DNA from: Limnochordia bacterium | GTDB taxonomy: Bacteria; Bacillota; Limnochordia; DTU080 | Direction of reading: 5' to 3' | Length of the DNA stretch: 64,000 bases | Assembly: GCA_050951545.1 (NCBI GenBank) | Contig: JBMNJG010000003.1 | Location: 32,001-96,000, forward strand | Part shown: piece after piece, positions 20,011 through 29,181 of the stretch | Numbering within the stretch: position 1 is the first letter of the stretch | Layout of the letters: each line of letters opens with the position of its first letter | Made by a program: the position numbers and the translations under genes | The notes under the pieces: model-generated | Databases searched by the model: none | What the model was told of the DNA's origin: nothing | The model's input: the letters and a program-made list of their open reading frames with translations, nothing else

Positions 20011-21396
20011 CTAGCTGAGGCTCTGGATCTCCGCCCCTTGCTGAGGAGTCCCGATGACAATGACATCATCGTACCCACGAGCGAGGACTTCATCGTACAG
20101 CTCTGGGTGAAGCCCTTTCAGATAGTGCTCATAATACTCGGTAATCACGGTGTGCACAAATGCCTCGACTGAATCTTGATGTACAAGGTTGACTGTACAT
20201 CCACCGAACCCCGCACCCGTGAGTCTGGCGCCCACGGCCCCCGCAGAGCGCGCCACACGAACCAGCTCCTCAAGCGCTGGGCAGCTGATGCCGTATTCAT
20301 CACGACAGGAGGCATGCGAAGCATTCATAAGCTGCCCAAAGGAAATGGCATCGCCAGTACTTAGTGCCCTGACCGCCTTCTCTACTCGCTCACCTTCTGA
20401 GAGCACATGACGCATGCGACGTAGTAACGGAAACCCCTCTGTCGGCATAGGAAGCGCGTTTCCATCACCTAGACGCATATAGCGCTCTTCGACATCCGCG
20501 GTCGTGACTCCCAAAGACGCTGCTACCTGCCTTATGCTCCAGTTAGCATCGCCAAGAAACCTCTCTGCTTCCGCCAATAGCCGTGCGGAAGGCAACACCG
20601 AGAGTATCTCTGAGACACGAACCACTGTGTCAGGTACACCGTAGTCCCGCAATGCATGCGCTAGTAAAGCGGTGGCTATCCGACACTCAATAGGCAACCG
20701 GTTGTAAAGCAGACGCGCTTCTGCCGTCTTGGGCGCCTGAATCATACTGTTGCAGATGACCACGCTGTAGGCTGGCGGCAGATGTACGGTGGTAGCACGC
20801 AAAGGAAAGAAGTCAATCTTCAAGGATGTTCCAGCCTGAGCTAGTAACACGACAGCCTGATCCATGCCGCCGCCCATAGTACCCACGTAACGCTCAGCCG
20901 CAGCCATCTGCTCAGCTAACTTCACCCTGTCTAATGGCCATCCATGAACCGCCAATACAGCTAGAGCTGAGGCGACAACCATGGCTGATGACGAGGAGAG
21001 ACCAGCTGCTGCGGGCAGATCACTATCGACGAGGGCGCAAAAGCCGCGCATATCGCTCAGCTCTTTTCCGTCATCAAGCGCCTCGGAGACGAGGCCTTGC
21101 ACGCCAGCCTTAACGTAATTTCCCCAGTCACCCGTAGCATAGGGCCCAATATCTGCAGAGAGCATGAAAGAACGCGGTTCAAAGCGCTCCGCAGTGTTAT
21201 GCAGATCAACACGACGATCCAGTCGTGGCGCCACAAGCATGCGTATTTCGCGTTCGATGGCCGTAGGCATTACAGGGAGTCCATTGTAATCTGTGTGCTC
21301 GCCGATCAAGTTGACACGACCGGGCACTCGTACGCAGTGTGTAGGAGCGATCCCTGGGAAACGCTCCCTGAACTGTGTGATCAGATGGTTGGGCAT
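20011..21396 (-). CDS. GHMP kinase of galactokinase / GalNAc kinase (GALK2-like) type
   Basis: PGRVNLIGEHTDYN, PAAAGLSSSSA, GTMGGGMDQ and GARLTGAGFGGC motifs. Confidence 0.9.
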   Translation of the reverse strand: MPNHLITQFRERFPGIAPTHCVRVPGRVNLIGEHTDYNGLPVMPTAIEREIRMLVAPRLDRRVDLHNTAERFEPRSFMLSADIGPYATGDWGNYVKAGVQGLVSEALDDGKELSDMRGFCALVDSDLPAAAGLSSSSAMVVASALAVLAVHGWPLDRVKLAEQMAAAERYVGTMGGGMDQAVVLLAQAGTSLKIDFFPLRATTVHLPPAYSVVICNSMIQAPKTAEARLLYNRLPIECRIATALLAHALRDYGVPDTVVRVSEILSVLPSARLLAEAERFLGDANWSIRQVAASLGVTTADVEERYMRLGDGNALPMPTEGFPLLRRMRHVLSEGERVEKAVRALSTGDAISFGQLMNASHASCRDEYGISCPALEELVRVARSAGAVGARLTGAGFGGCTVNLVHQDSVEAFVHTVITEYYEHYLKGLHPELYDEVLARGYDDVIVIGTPQQGAEIQSLS

Positions 21397-21444
21397 GAAG
21401 CAAAGACACCCCTTTAGTAGCCACTATCATCCGCGGCCCAGGCC

Positions 21445-22188
21445 CTAAGCCTGGCTATCATCGCCCGATTCCTCTTTAAAGAGCTTTCCCGCAGCTTGCA
21501 CATCCTCAGGCGTACCGATGTCACGCCAGTACCCTGCGAGGGGATAGCCGCGCACGTCTAGTCCGGCGGCGAGCATGGCCTGAATAGCATCAGGTAACTC
21601 GAACTCTCCGCGTGCACTCGGGCGCAAACGGGCCGTGTACTCGAAAACGACTGGGTCGAACACATACATGCCCGCATTGTTCCAGTTCGTGGAAGATGTG
21701 CCCTTGGGCGGTTTCTCCTTGATCTCCTGCACGCGATTGTCGGGTGCCAGATAAACGGCAGCCCCCCTATATGGATCGTCGACCCAGTTGAGCCCTAGTA
21801 TCGCATTGCCTTTAGTCTCTTCAAACGCCCGTATCATGCCCGCATAGTTCGATGCTGGCACCAGAATATCGCCATAGGTCATAAAAAAAGCGCTGTCACC
21901 AACGGAGTCTTTGGTCAGATGGAGAGCGCTACCCGTCCCATCGGGAACTGGTTGCCTCACATAGCGAATACTCACGCCCCACGGGCTGCCGTCACCAAAG
22001 AACCGCTCAACCACCTCGGCTAGATAACCTGTTACCACAACAAACTCGCGCACCCCTGCCTCGGACAGCGCGCAAACAATCCGTTCTAGGCAAGGTTTGT
22101 CCCCTACCGTAACCATAGGCTTGGGCCTAGTACGTGTCAGCTCGGCCAAGCGCGTCCCCCTGCCTGCCGCCAGGATAACCGCTTTCAC
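21445..22188 (-). CDS. Sugar-1-phosphate nucleotidyltransferase (NTP_transferase family)
   Basis: KAVILAAGRGTRL..TRPKPM, EKP, RGEFELPDA and WRDIGTPED; GTG start at 22188 after AGGAGG. Confidence 0.92.
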   Translation of the reverse strand: MKAVILAAGRGTRLAELTRTRPKPMVTVGDKPCLERIVCALSEAGVREFVVVTGYLAEVVERFFGDGSPWGVSIRYVRQPVPDGTGSALHLTKDSVGDSAFFMTYGDILVPASNYAGMIRAFEETKGNAILGLNWVDDPYRGAAVYLAPDNRVQEIKEKPPKGTSSTNWNNAGMYVFDPVVFEYTARLRPSARGEFELPDAIQAMLAAGLDVRGYPLAGYWRDIGTPEDVQAAGKLFKEESGDDSQA

Positions 22189-22367
22189 CCTCTGTAGCCT
22201 CCTGCTCATCTGGCCGTGGTCGCCGCAACAACCTGCGCCATAGCCGCTCAAGTCATGCAACCTTCGACCCCATACAGGCAATCCCCTCCCGATTGCACCC
22301 GTCCGTCCCCTAGAGAGGCAGGAAACCCTAAGGCTTGTAGTTAATTCTCACGTAAAGGATTAGTTAA

Positions 22368-22457
22368 GGAGTACGCGTGTCGGCGCCAACCACATCGCTG
22401 GATGAAAATCGGGGCCGCCGACATGCCCGCACAGCATCACATCATTTTTCTGGGGAG
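22368..22457 (+). repeat. Unnamed leader element, copy A (upstream of the NADH:flavin oxidoreductase)
   Basis: GGAGTACGCGTGTCGGCG-[30 nt]-CGCCGACATGCCCGCACAGCATCACATCATTTTTCTGGGGAG; same flanks as copy B with a longer loop. Confidence 0.7.
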
Positions 22458-23917
22458 TGGTCGGCGGCGTGTCTGATTACCCGCGTGTTGCCTCATTCAA
22501 GGATGCTCATGCCTTTGCCGAGTACATCGAATCGCTTGGCGCTAACCTGCCCATTGATGACGAGATCATTACTAGCTCTGCTTCGCCATTAGCCGCACCG
22601 CTTTCTATCGCAGGCCAACACGTAGGCAATCGCTGGTGTATCCAACCTATGGAGGGTTGGGATGCCACGGCGGATGGGCGTCCGAGCGAGCTAACTGAGC
22701 GTCGCTGGCGACGTTTTGGCGAGAGCGGAGCCAAGCTTATCTGGGGTGGTGAGGCAGTCGCTGTCCGACACGATGGTCGAGCCAATCCCAATCAGCTGCG
22801 CATCGGCACTGACACCGCAGCTCGCCTGGAGCATCTACGCAGCATACTGGTTGCGGCACATCAAGCGCATCATGACACGATTACAGACTTGCTTGTTGGT
22901 CTGCAGCTTACGCATTCAGGTCGTTACTGCCGCCCCAATGAAAAGCACAGAGGGGAGCCACGCATTCTCTACCACCACCCTCTGCTAGATGCCCGCGTAG
23001 GTATCGATGCGCAAGACGACCGACCAGTGCTTTCTGACATGGAGATCGATGAGCTTATCGCTGACTTCGTCGCAGCAGCTAAGCTGGCCCAAGAGATTGG
23101 CTTTGATTTCGTCGACGTCAAAGCATGTCATGGCTATCTGGGGCACGAGTTTCTCAGCGCTTTCTCCCGTCCAGGGCGCTACGGAGGCACGCTGCAAGGC
23201 CGGACAACTTTCCTCCATGAAATCATCAAGGGTATTCAGCGGGAGTGCCCTGGGCTCCTTATCGGCGTACGGCTAAGTGCATTTGATTCGGTACCCTATC
23301 GCCCAGACGAAGAGCACCGAGGACAGCCCGAGCCATTTGAGCATTGTCTCCCCTATCACTATGCCTTTGGCTGCGATCCGGATAGCCCCCTAGAGACCGA
23401 CCTGACGGAGACCATCGCGCTGCTTGCGACACTTCGTGATCTGGGTGTAGCCGCGGTCAACATCACCGCAGCCAGCCCCTACTATAACCCACACCTGCAA
23501 CGACCCGCTTTGTTTCCACCTTCCGACGGCTACCTCCCACCCGAGGATCCGTTACAGGGAGTGATCCGGCAGATTGAGGTCGTTCGCCAACTCAAGAAGC
23601 AGGTTCCCAACCTGCCCATGGTCGGATCCGCCTATACCTATCTGCAGGAGTTTCTGCCCCATGTAGCGCAAGCCGTGGTCGCAGCGGGCTGGGTAGACAG
23701 TGTTGGCCTGGGCCGCATGGTGCTGTCGTATCCACGTTTCCCGACCGATTGCCTGCAGGGGGAGCTCAACCGAAAGGCAATCTGCCGTACCTTTAGCGAC
23801 TGCACCACAGCCCCTCGCCACGGCATGGTGAGTGGATGCTACCCTCTAGATTCGTTTTTCCGAGAAAGGCCTGAGCGTGCGCAGCTTATCCAGTTAAAGA
23901 GGGGGGAAACGTCTTAG
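22457..23917 (+). CDS. NADH:flavin oxidoreductase (Old Yellow Enzyme-like)
   Basis: [30 protein letters not shown] and GLGR motifs; Cys-rich C terminus; true start may be GTG at 22469. Confidence 0.88.
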   Translation: MVGGVSDYPRVASFKDAHAFAEYIESLGANLPIDDEIITSSASPLAAPLSIAGQHVGNRWCIQPMEGWDATADGRPSELTERRWRRFGESGAKLIWGGEAVAVRHDGRANPNQLRIGTDTAARLEHLRSILVAAHQAHHDTITDLLVGLQLTHSGRYCRPNEKHRGEPRILYHHPLLDARVGIDAQDDRPVLSDMEIDELIADFVAAAKLAQEIGFDFVDVKACHGYLGHEFLSAFSRPGRYGGTLQGRTTFLHEIIKGIQRECPGLLIGVRLSAFDSVPYRPDEEHRGQPEPFEHCLPYHYAFGCDPDSPLETDLTETIALLATLRDLGVAAVNITAASPYYNPHLQRPALFPPSDGYLPPEDPLQGVIRQIEVVRQLKKQVPNLPMVGSAYTYLQEFLPHVAQAVVAAGWVDSVGLGRMVLSYPRFPTDCLQGELNRKAICRTFSDCTTAPRHGMVSGCYPLDSFFRERPERAQLIQLKRGETS

Positions 23918-23982
23918 ACGTATCCCAGACTGAGGCGAAAGGAGTGAAGGTCGCTATCCTCGTAGGGTAGCGACCGCCGACC

Positions 23983-24306
23983 GTGAAACTGCTTGTCGCT
24001 ATTGTCAGTGACGATGATGTAAGAACCCTCTTGAGTGCTCTCATGAAAGCGGGTCATAGGGCGACTCGATTGGCCAGCACGGGTGGCTTCCTGCGCAAGG
24101 GCAATACCACGTTACTGTTGGGCGTCAAAGATAGCGACGTAAACAAGGTGCTGCAAATACTCCGCCAGACGTGTCGTCGCCGCACGGAGCCGTACCCTGT
24201 GAGCATTGGTGAGCACCCGACGATCATTCCGCAAGAAACCGTCGAAGTAGAAGTGGGAGGAGCGACCGTCTTCATTCTTCCCATTGAGCGGTTCGTGCAC
24301 ATGTAA
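23983..24306 (+). CDS. darA: c-di-AMP receptor, PII-like (DarA/PstA, DUF970)
   Basis: MKLLVAIV..D, TRLASTGGFLRKGNTTLLLG and VEVGGATVFIL. Confidence 0.93.
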   Translation: MKLLVAIVSDDDVRTLLSALMKAGHRATRLASTGGFLRKGNTTLLLGVKDSDVNKVLQILRQTCRRRTEPYPVSIGEHPTIIPQETVEVEVGGATVFILPIERFVHM

Positions 24307-24320
24307 CCCCAAAGCATCGG

Positions 24321-24347
24321 GAGAGCACCCGCCGGGTGCTCTCTTTG
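24321..24347. terminator. Terminator between convergent darA and rodA
   Basis: GAGAGCACCC-GCC-GGGTGCTCTC followed by TTTG. Confidence 0.7.
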
Positions 24348-24360
24348 TGCATCATGCCGC

Positions 24361-25476
24361 TCAGAAAAGCACACCACTCCGACGCGCCTGGACATTGGCC
24401 ACTAACCCCACCGCAGTCAGGTTTACGATCATGGCACTGCCACCATAGCTGACGAAAGGTAGTGGGATACCAGTCACCGGCATGACCCCTAGAGCCATGC
24501 CTATATTCTCGAAAACGTGAAAAGCCCACATCGCGAGCAGTCCCGTTGTGAGAAGCATCCCATAGCGATCGTAGCCTGTGGGGAGTCTCTTCACTGTGTC
24601 TAGGAAGACCCACAGGAATAGCCCTAGAAGAACCACACAACCCACGAAACCAGCTTCTTCAGCAAAAACTGAGAAGATGAAATCGGTGTGATGTGCTGGC
24701 AGAAAGCGTAACTGCGCCTGTGTGCCCTTGAGATAGCCCTTACCGAAGAAGCGTCCTGCTCCCACCGCGATCGAGGATTGGATCACATTATAGCCAGCTC
24801 CGAGACGATCAGCCCAAGGGTTAAGAAAAATCGTGAGCCTCAGCTTCTGGTAGGGGCGAAGAGCGAAATGATAGACCAGAGGCAGTATCGGGAGCACGAT
24901 CGCAGCCATACTCCCAAAGACTCTTCCAGGCACGCCGACAACAAATAGCATGGAGATCAGAATGGCTGCAAAGACCAGAGCCGATCCTAGGTCGGGCTGT
25001 ATCATTACCAGACCAAAGGGAACAGCGGTCGAGATCAAGATGGGCAGGAAATCGCGTACGCGATCAAAGCCTGCCTGATGGCTCTCCAGCTGGTCAGCCA
25101 ACACGAATATGAAGGCCAGCTTGGCAAATTCGGCAGGCTGCAACTGAAATGCACCAAGCCGGAACCAGCTCTGAGCCCCGCCTGCCCGTCGCCCTATCAG
25201 GAGAACCAGGATTAGACTACCGACAGCTGCCCAATAGAAGTGTCTCGTGTAGTGGCGGTATATATGGTAATCGGTGCGAAAGGCAATAGTAGCTCCTGTC
25301 AAGCCGATAGCAATGGCTACCATCTGCCGCTTGACATAGTAGAAAGGATCGGAGGTGGCATGACGACTCGCGGAATAGAGGGTAAACAGACCAATACACA
25401 GGATGGCCAGTACGCCTCCGACCAAGTTCCAGTTTACCCGCTTTACAAGCCTCTTCTCGACAATGGCCACCGTCAA
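24361..25476 (-). CDS. rodA: Rod shape-determining SEDS glycosyltransferase RodA
   Basis: GAQSWF..QPAEFAK, QPDLGSA, HTDFIFS and PVTGIPLPFVSYGGS. Confidence 0.9.
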   Translation of the reverse strand: MTVAIVEKRLVKRVNWNLVGGVLAILCIGLFTLYSASRHATSDPFYYVKRQMVAIAIGLTGATIAFRTDYHIYRHYTRHFYWAAVGSLILVLLIGRRAGGAQSWFRLGAFQLQPAEFAKLAFIFVLADQLESHQAGFDRVRDFLPILISTAVPFGLVMIQPDLGSALVFAAILISMLFVVGVPGRVFGSMAAIVLPILPLVYHFALRPYQKLRLTIFLNPWADRLGAGYNVIQSSIAVGAGRFFGKGYLKGTQAQLRFLPAHHTDFIFSVFAEEAGFVGCVVLLGLFLWVFLDTVKRLPTGYDRYGMLLTTGLLAMWAFHVFENIGMALGVMPVTGIPLPFVSYGGSAMIVNLTAVGLVANVQARRSGVLF

Positions 25477-25503
25477 GTCCCCCCCTTGCCCAACTCATCG
25501 CGG

Positions 25504-26556
25504 CTACGAATCCAGGGCCTGCCGCAGATGCAACCACAGATCTGACGTGGCCAGCCCGTGCCGCCACACGGCCACGCCTCGCAGACCAAGGTCGCGAGCC
25601 ATCAACGCCTTGTACCGCCCCGCTCGTATCCCGTCCCACCAAGCATCCCCGCCGGAGACAGTAGCATGCTCCCCGTCGCCTTGCCCCTGCTCCATCGACT
25701 GGCTCATCCGACGCGCAGGCAGCACCTCGGTAGTCCAACCCGCCCCCCGCTTATGCCAGATGTAGCCGTAGGATGGCAGACCGAGAATCAGACGATCCTT
25801 TGGAACATGACGCATCGCCTCAAGAGCATTATCCCTTACCCACATCAAGGGCGCCACCGGTCCGGGACCCGTGTGAGGTCCATGCCGATCATATGCCATA
25901 AGAATGACACCATCGCTCACAGAAGCGAGACCGGGAAGGTCATGTAAGACCGCGTACGCCTCGTGGAAATCTACCTGCGGAAAGGCCGCTATCCACAGCT
26001 GAAGGCCCCGTGCCCTCAGCATGCCATGCAGCTCAGCAGAGAACATCACCAGGTGAGGTCTCACGCTAGCCCCGAGATACTCGACGTCTAGCACCAAGCC
26101 GTCGAGATGTCGCTCTCTCGCCCAGTTAGCCAGATTCTCAGCAAAGCGGAAGGCACCCTCTTGACGACATAGAATCGCCGGGCAACCAGCTGTTGTGCCA
26201 TACGGACCTGCATAGGCGACAAGCGGCCAGACCTTAGCCCCTTGTGAATGCGCCTCCCTCACGACCTCATCGCTAAAGACCTCTGAGGTCAGATTACCTT
26301 CTGCATCAAACCGCAACCAATGAGGAGAGACTACGTCGACCTGCCCACGTAGTTCACCCCGCAACCCCGCTAATGTCTCCTGCGGATCGGAGCCGGAAAA
26401 CGCCACAATCCAGGGATGTCTTGCTTCGTCTTCCGGATGCTTAGCTGTCTGCCGTGGTGCTTTCTCTCGAGTCATGATGATCGCCATGCCGATCACCATC
26501 ACTATCATCAAGGCCAAGGCCCATCTCCATAGGTGGGCTCTATGCGATTTCGCCAC
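25504..26556 (-). CDS. GH18 family glycoside hydrolase, membrane-anchored (YdhD/YaaH-like)
   Basis: LDGLVLDVE, ILMAYD..GPGPVAP..WV, LGLPSYGY and GVAVW; N-terminal TM. Confidence 0.82.
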   Translation of the reverse strand: MAKSHRAHLWRWALALMIVMVIGMAIIMTREKAPRQTAKHPEDEARHPWIVAFSGSDPQETLAGLRGELRGQVDVVSPHWLRFDAEGNLTSEVFSDEVVREAHSQGAKVWPLVAYAGPYGTTAGCPAILCRQEGAFRFAENLANWARERHLDGLVLDVEYLGASVRPHLVMFSAELHGMLRARGLQLWIAAFPQVDFHEAYAVLHDLPGLASVSDGVILMAYDRHGPHTGPGPVAPLMWVRDNALEAMRHVPKDRLILGLPSYGYIWHKRGAGWTTEVLPARRMSQSMEQGQGDGEHATVSGGDAWWDGIRAGRYKALMARDLGLRGVAVWRHGLATSDLWLHLRQALDS

Positions 26557-26588
26557 GGCTTCCTCAATGCTCCTTTAGTGTGCTCACT

Positions 26589-28259
26589 CTACCTCATCGC
26601 GGCCATCCACTCTGCTTCATTACCGGTAACCGAGGCCGTGTCCTTGAAGCTCAGCTTCGGATAGTTCTTCTCTGCCCAGTGTAACGCCCATTCGCTCTTG
26701 AAGAGCACTGCAAGACGTCCAAAGCGATCGAGCACACACAGACTGTCACTACCCTCCAAGCGCTTGGGGTCAGCCTCACCTTGTACCCAACGTGCAACCT
26801 GGTAAGGGACTGGGACCAATTCCGCATCCACCCCATACTCGTGCTCGAGACGATAGTTCATGACGTCAAATTGCAGCGCCCCCACGGCACCAACGATGGT
26901 ATCTATCGCCCCCCAACCAACCGGGCGAAACAGCTGAACCGCGCCCTCCTGTGAAAGCTGATCAAGCCCTTTCACCAGCTGTTTGCGCTTCATCGCATCC
27001 TTTAGCCTCACAACTGCAAACCTCTCAGGTGAGAAATAGGGAATGCCCACAAAGTGCATCACACGCCCCTCTGTGAGAGTGTCTCCTATCTGAAAAGCCC
27101 CAGGATCGAACAACCCGATGATGTCACCCGGGTATGCCTTATCTACTAACGAACGTTCCTGCGCCAGAAACTGCTGAGGCTGAGACATGCGCATTTGCTT
27201 GCCCAAGCGAACATGGAAGGCACTCATGCCACGGTGGAACTGCCCGGAAACCACACGTACAAAGGCAACACGATCGCGGTGCGCCGGATTGAGGTTGGCT
27301 TGGATCTTAAACACAAAGGCACTGAACTCCTCATCCACTGGCTCCACCCATGTCCCGCCTTCTATCTTACGACCAAGCGGAGCAGGAGCCATGCCCAGGT
27401 AATGCTCGAAAAAGGACTGCACACCGAAGTTGTTTAGAGCACTACCAAAGAAAACAGGAGTTAGCTCACCCCGGCCAACGCGATCCATGTCCAGCGGATC
27501 GCCTGCTATGTCTAGCAAGCTGATCTCTTCTACCAGAGTACGGTGTGCATCCTCGCCGAGCACCACACGCAAGGCTTCGCTATCAGGCTCAACGGCGATC
27601 ACGGGAACTCGTTTCTCGCCGTGACCTACCTCCTGGTAGATCTCACAGCGGCGGTGTACCCGATCATAGATACCCCTAAACTCTGGTCCCATCCCTATTG
27701 GCCAGTTGACAGGAGTCGATCGGATCCCTAAGACTTCCTCAATCTCAGCCAATAGCTCCAAAGGCGGGCGTCCATACCGATCCATTTTGTTTATGAATGT
27801 GAAAATCGGCAGCCCTCGCTGGCGACACACCTCGAACAGTTTTCGCGTCTGCTCTTCTACCCCGTTGGCAGCATCTATAAGCATAACCGCGCTATCAACC
27901 GCCATGAGCGTGCGATAGGTATCTTCACTGAAATCCTGGTGACCAGGTGTGTCTAAGAGATTGATGGCGTAACCTGCATAGTCAAACTGCAGCACGCTCG
28001 AGGTCACCGAGATGCCTCGCTGTTTTTCTAGTTCCATCCAATCGGCTGTAGCATGCCGTTGCGCCTTCCGAGATTTCACGGCTCCGGCCAAGTGAATGGC
28101 CCCACCGTAGAGCAACACCTTTTCGGTAAGGGTTGTCTTACCAGCATCAGGATGGGAGATAATAGCAAACGTTCGCCGCCGAGCGATCTCTGCGGGTAAA
28201 GTACGATCAACCAAGTATGCATCCGCCCTTCTCGAGAAAAAAGCGCGTGAAACACACAC
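26589..28259 (-). CDS. prfC: Peptide chain release factor 3
   Basis: RRTFAIISHPDAGKTTLTEK, DTPGHQDFSEDTYR and NKMD; true start probably ~45 nt downstream of the ORF-track start. Confidence 0.97.
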   Translation of the reverse strand: MCVSRAFFSRRADAYLVDRTLPAEIARRRTFAIISHPDAGKTTLTEKVLLYGGAIHLAGAVKSRKAQRHATADWMELEKQRGISVTSSVLQFDYAGYAINLLDTPGHQDFSEDTYRTLMAVDSAVMLIDAANGVEEQTRKLFEVCRQRGLPIFTFINKMDRYGRPPLELLAEIEEVLGIRSTPVNWPIGMGPEFRGIYDRVHRRCEIYQEVGHGEKRVPVIAVEPDSEALRVVLGEDAHRTLVEEISLLDIAGDPLDMDRVGRGELTPVFFGSALNNFGVQSFFEHYLGMAPAPLGRKIEGGTWVEPVDEEFSAFVFKIQANLNPAHRDRVAFVRVVSGQFHRGMSAFHVRLGKQMRMSQPQQFLAQERSLVDKAYPGDIIGLFDPGAFQIGDTLTEGRVMHFVGIPYFSPERFAVVRLKDAMKRKQLVKGLDQLSQEGAVQLFRPVGWGAIDTIVGAVGALQFDVMNYRLEHEYGVDAELVPVPYQVARWVQGEADPKRLEGSDSLCVLDRFGRLAVLFKSEWALHWAEKNYPKLSFKDTASVTGNEAEWMAAMR

Positions 28260-28306
28260 CGCAGCTAGTCTACCACTAACTGCGCTTAGCAGGAAGGGCT
28301 GGCGGA

Positions 28307-29098
28307 CTATGATGACAGAAAGCCTCCATCAACCGGAATCACGGCACCATGGACATAGCTTGCTAGCTCTGATGCCAGAAAGAGGGCTACTCCAGCCACT
28401 TCATCGGGTTTGCCCCATCTACCGAGGGCCAGTCTGCTACTGAAGTCGTAACCAGTCTTCATCAGATGCACATCCACGCTACATATCGCTCGCTGGATGA
28501 GCTTCCTCGTGCCAGGAGTGTGAATGGCGCCAGGAAGAATGACATTCGCTCGGAAGCCGTGCCGACCGTAGTCACGAGCAAGGGCCCTTGTCAGAGCGAT
28601 GACCGCGGCCTTGCTCATACTGTAGTGGGCCATGTTACGCTTAAAGGGCAGGATGGCCTCAATGGAGGAAACGTTGATGATGCAGCCGCCCTTGCCCAAG
28701 CGTCTACCGATGAAGTCTTGGCACATCCAGAAGGCAGCCTTGGTGTTGACATCAAAAGTCATTGCCAGAAACTCGTCATCGATCTCCTGGAAAGCCTTCA
28801 TCGGGTAGATGCCAGCATTGTTGATCAGCGTATCAGGCACTTGCGTCAGGGACTCCCAGAAAGCTGTGATTTCGCCTTTGTTTCTCAGATCCACCATGTG
28901 GCCCGTTACTGTAATCGAGAACCTGTCGCGTAGTTCCTGCACTGCCTTCTCCAGGCCTTCCTTATCTACATCGACCAGGCAAAGATCACCACCAGCATCG
29001 GCAAAACAAGCGGCCATCGCCCTGCCAATGCCCGACGAGGCACCGCTGATCAGAACCGTGCGCCCCTTCATAGACACCCCGTGAACGACTGAATCCAT
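28307..29098 (-). CDS. Short-chain dehydrogenase/reductase
   Basis: GASSGIG, NNAG, YSMSK and VIPVDGG. Confidence 0.92.
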   Translation of the reverse strand: MDSVVHGVSMKGRTVLISGASSGIGRAMAACFADAGGDLCLVDVDKEGLEKAVQELRDRFSITVTGHMVDLRNKGEITAFWESLTQVPDTLINNAGIYPMKAFQEIDDEFLAMTFDVNTKAAFWMCQDFIGRRLGKGGCIINVSSIEAILPFKRNMAHYSMSKAAVIALTRALARDYGRHGFRANVILPGAIHTPGTRKLIQRAICSVDVHLMKTGYDFSSRLALGRWGKPDEVAGVALFLASELASYVHGAVIPVDGGFLSS

Positions 29099-29122
29099 GG
29101 CGCACGCTCCTCGCCTTCCGTG

Positions 29123-29181
29123 TGACTGGCCGGTCAGTCATTGGCTGCCTTCATCATACAGCGACGCGGCAAAGCAGTCAA
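29123..29181 (-). promoter_or_regulatory. SigA promoter plus palindromic operator of the SDR gene
   Basis: TTGACT-17bp-TATGAT (29153-29181), followed downstream by the near-perfect palindrome TGACTGGCCGGTCAGTCA (29123-29140). Confidence 0.7.
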
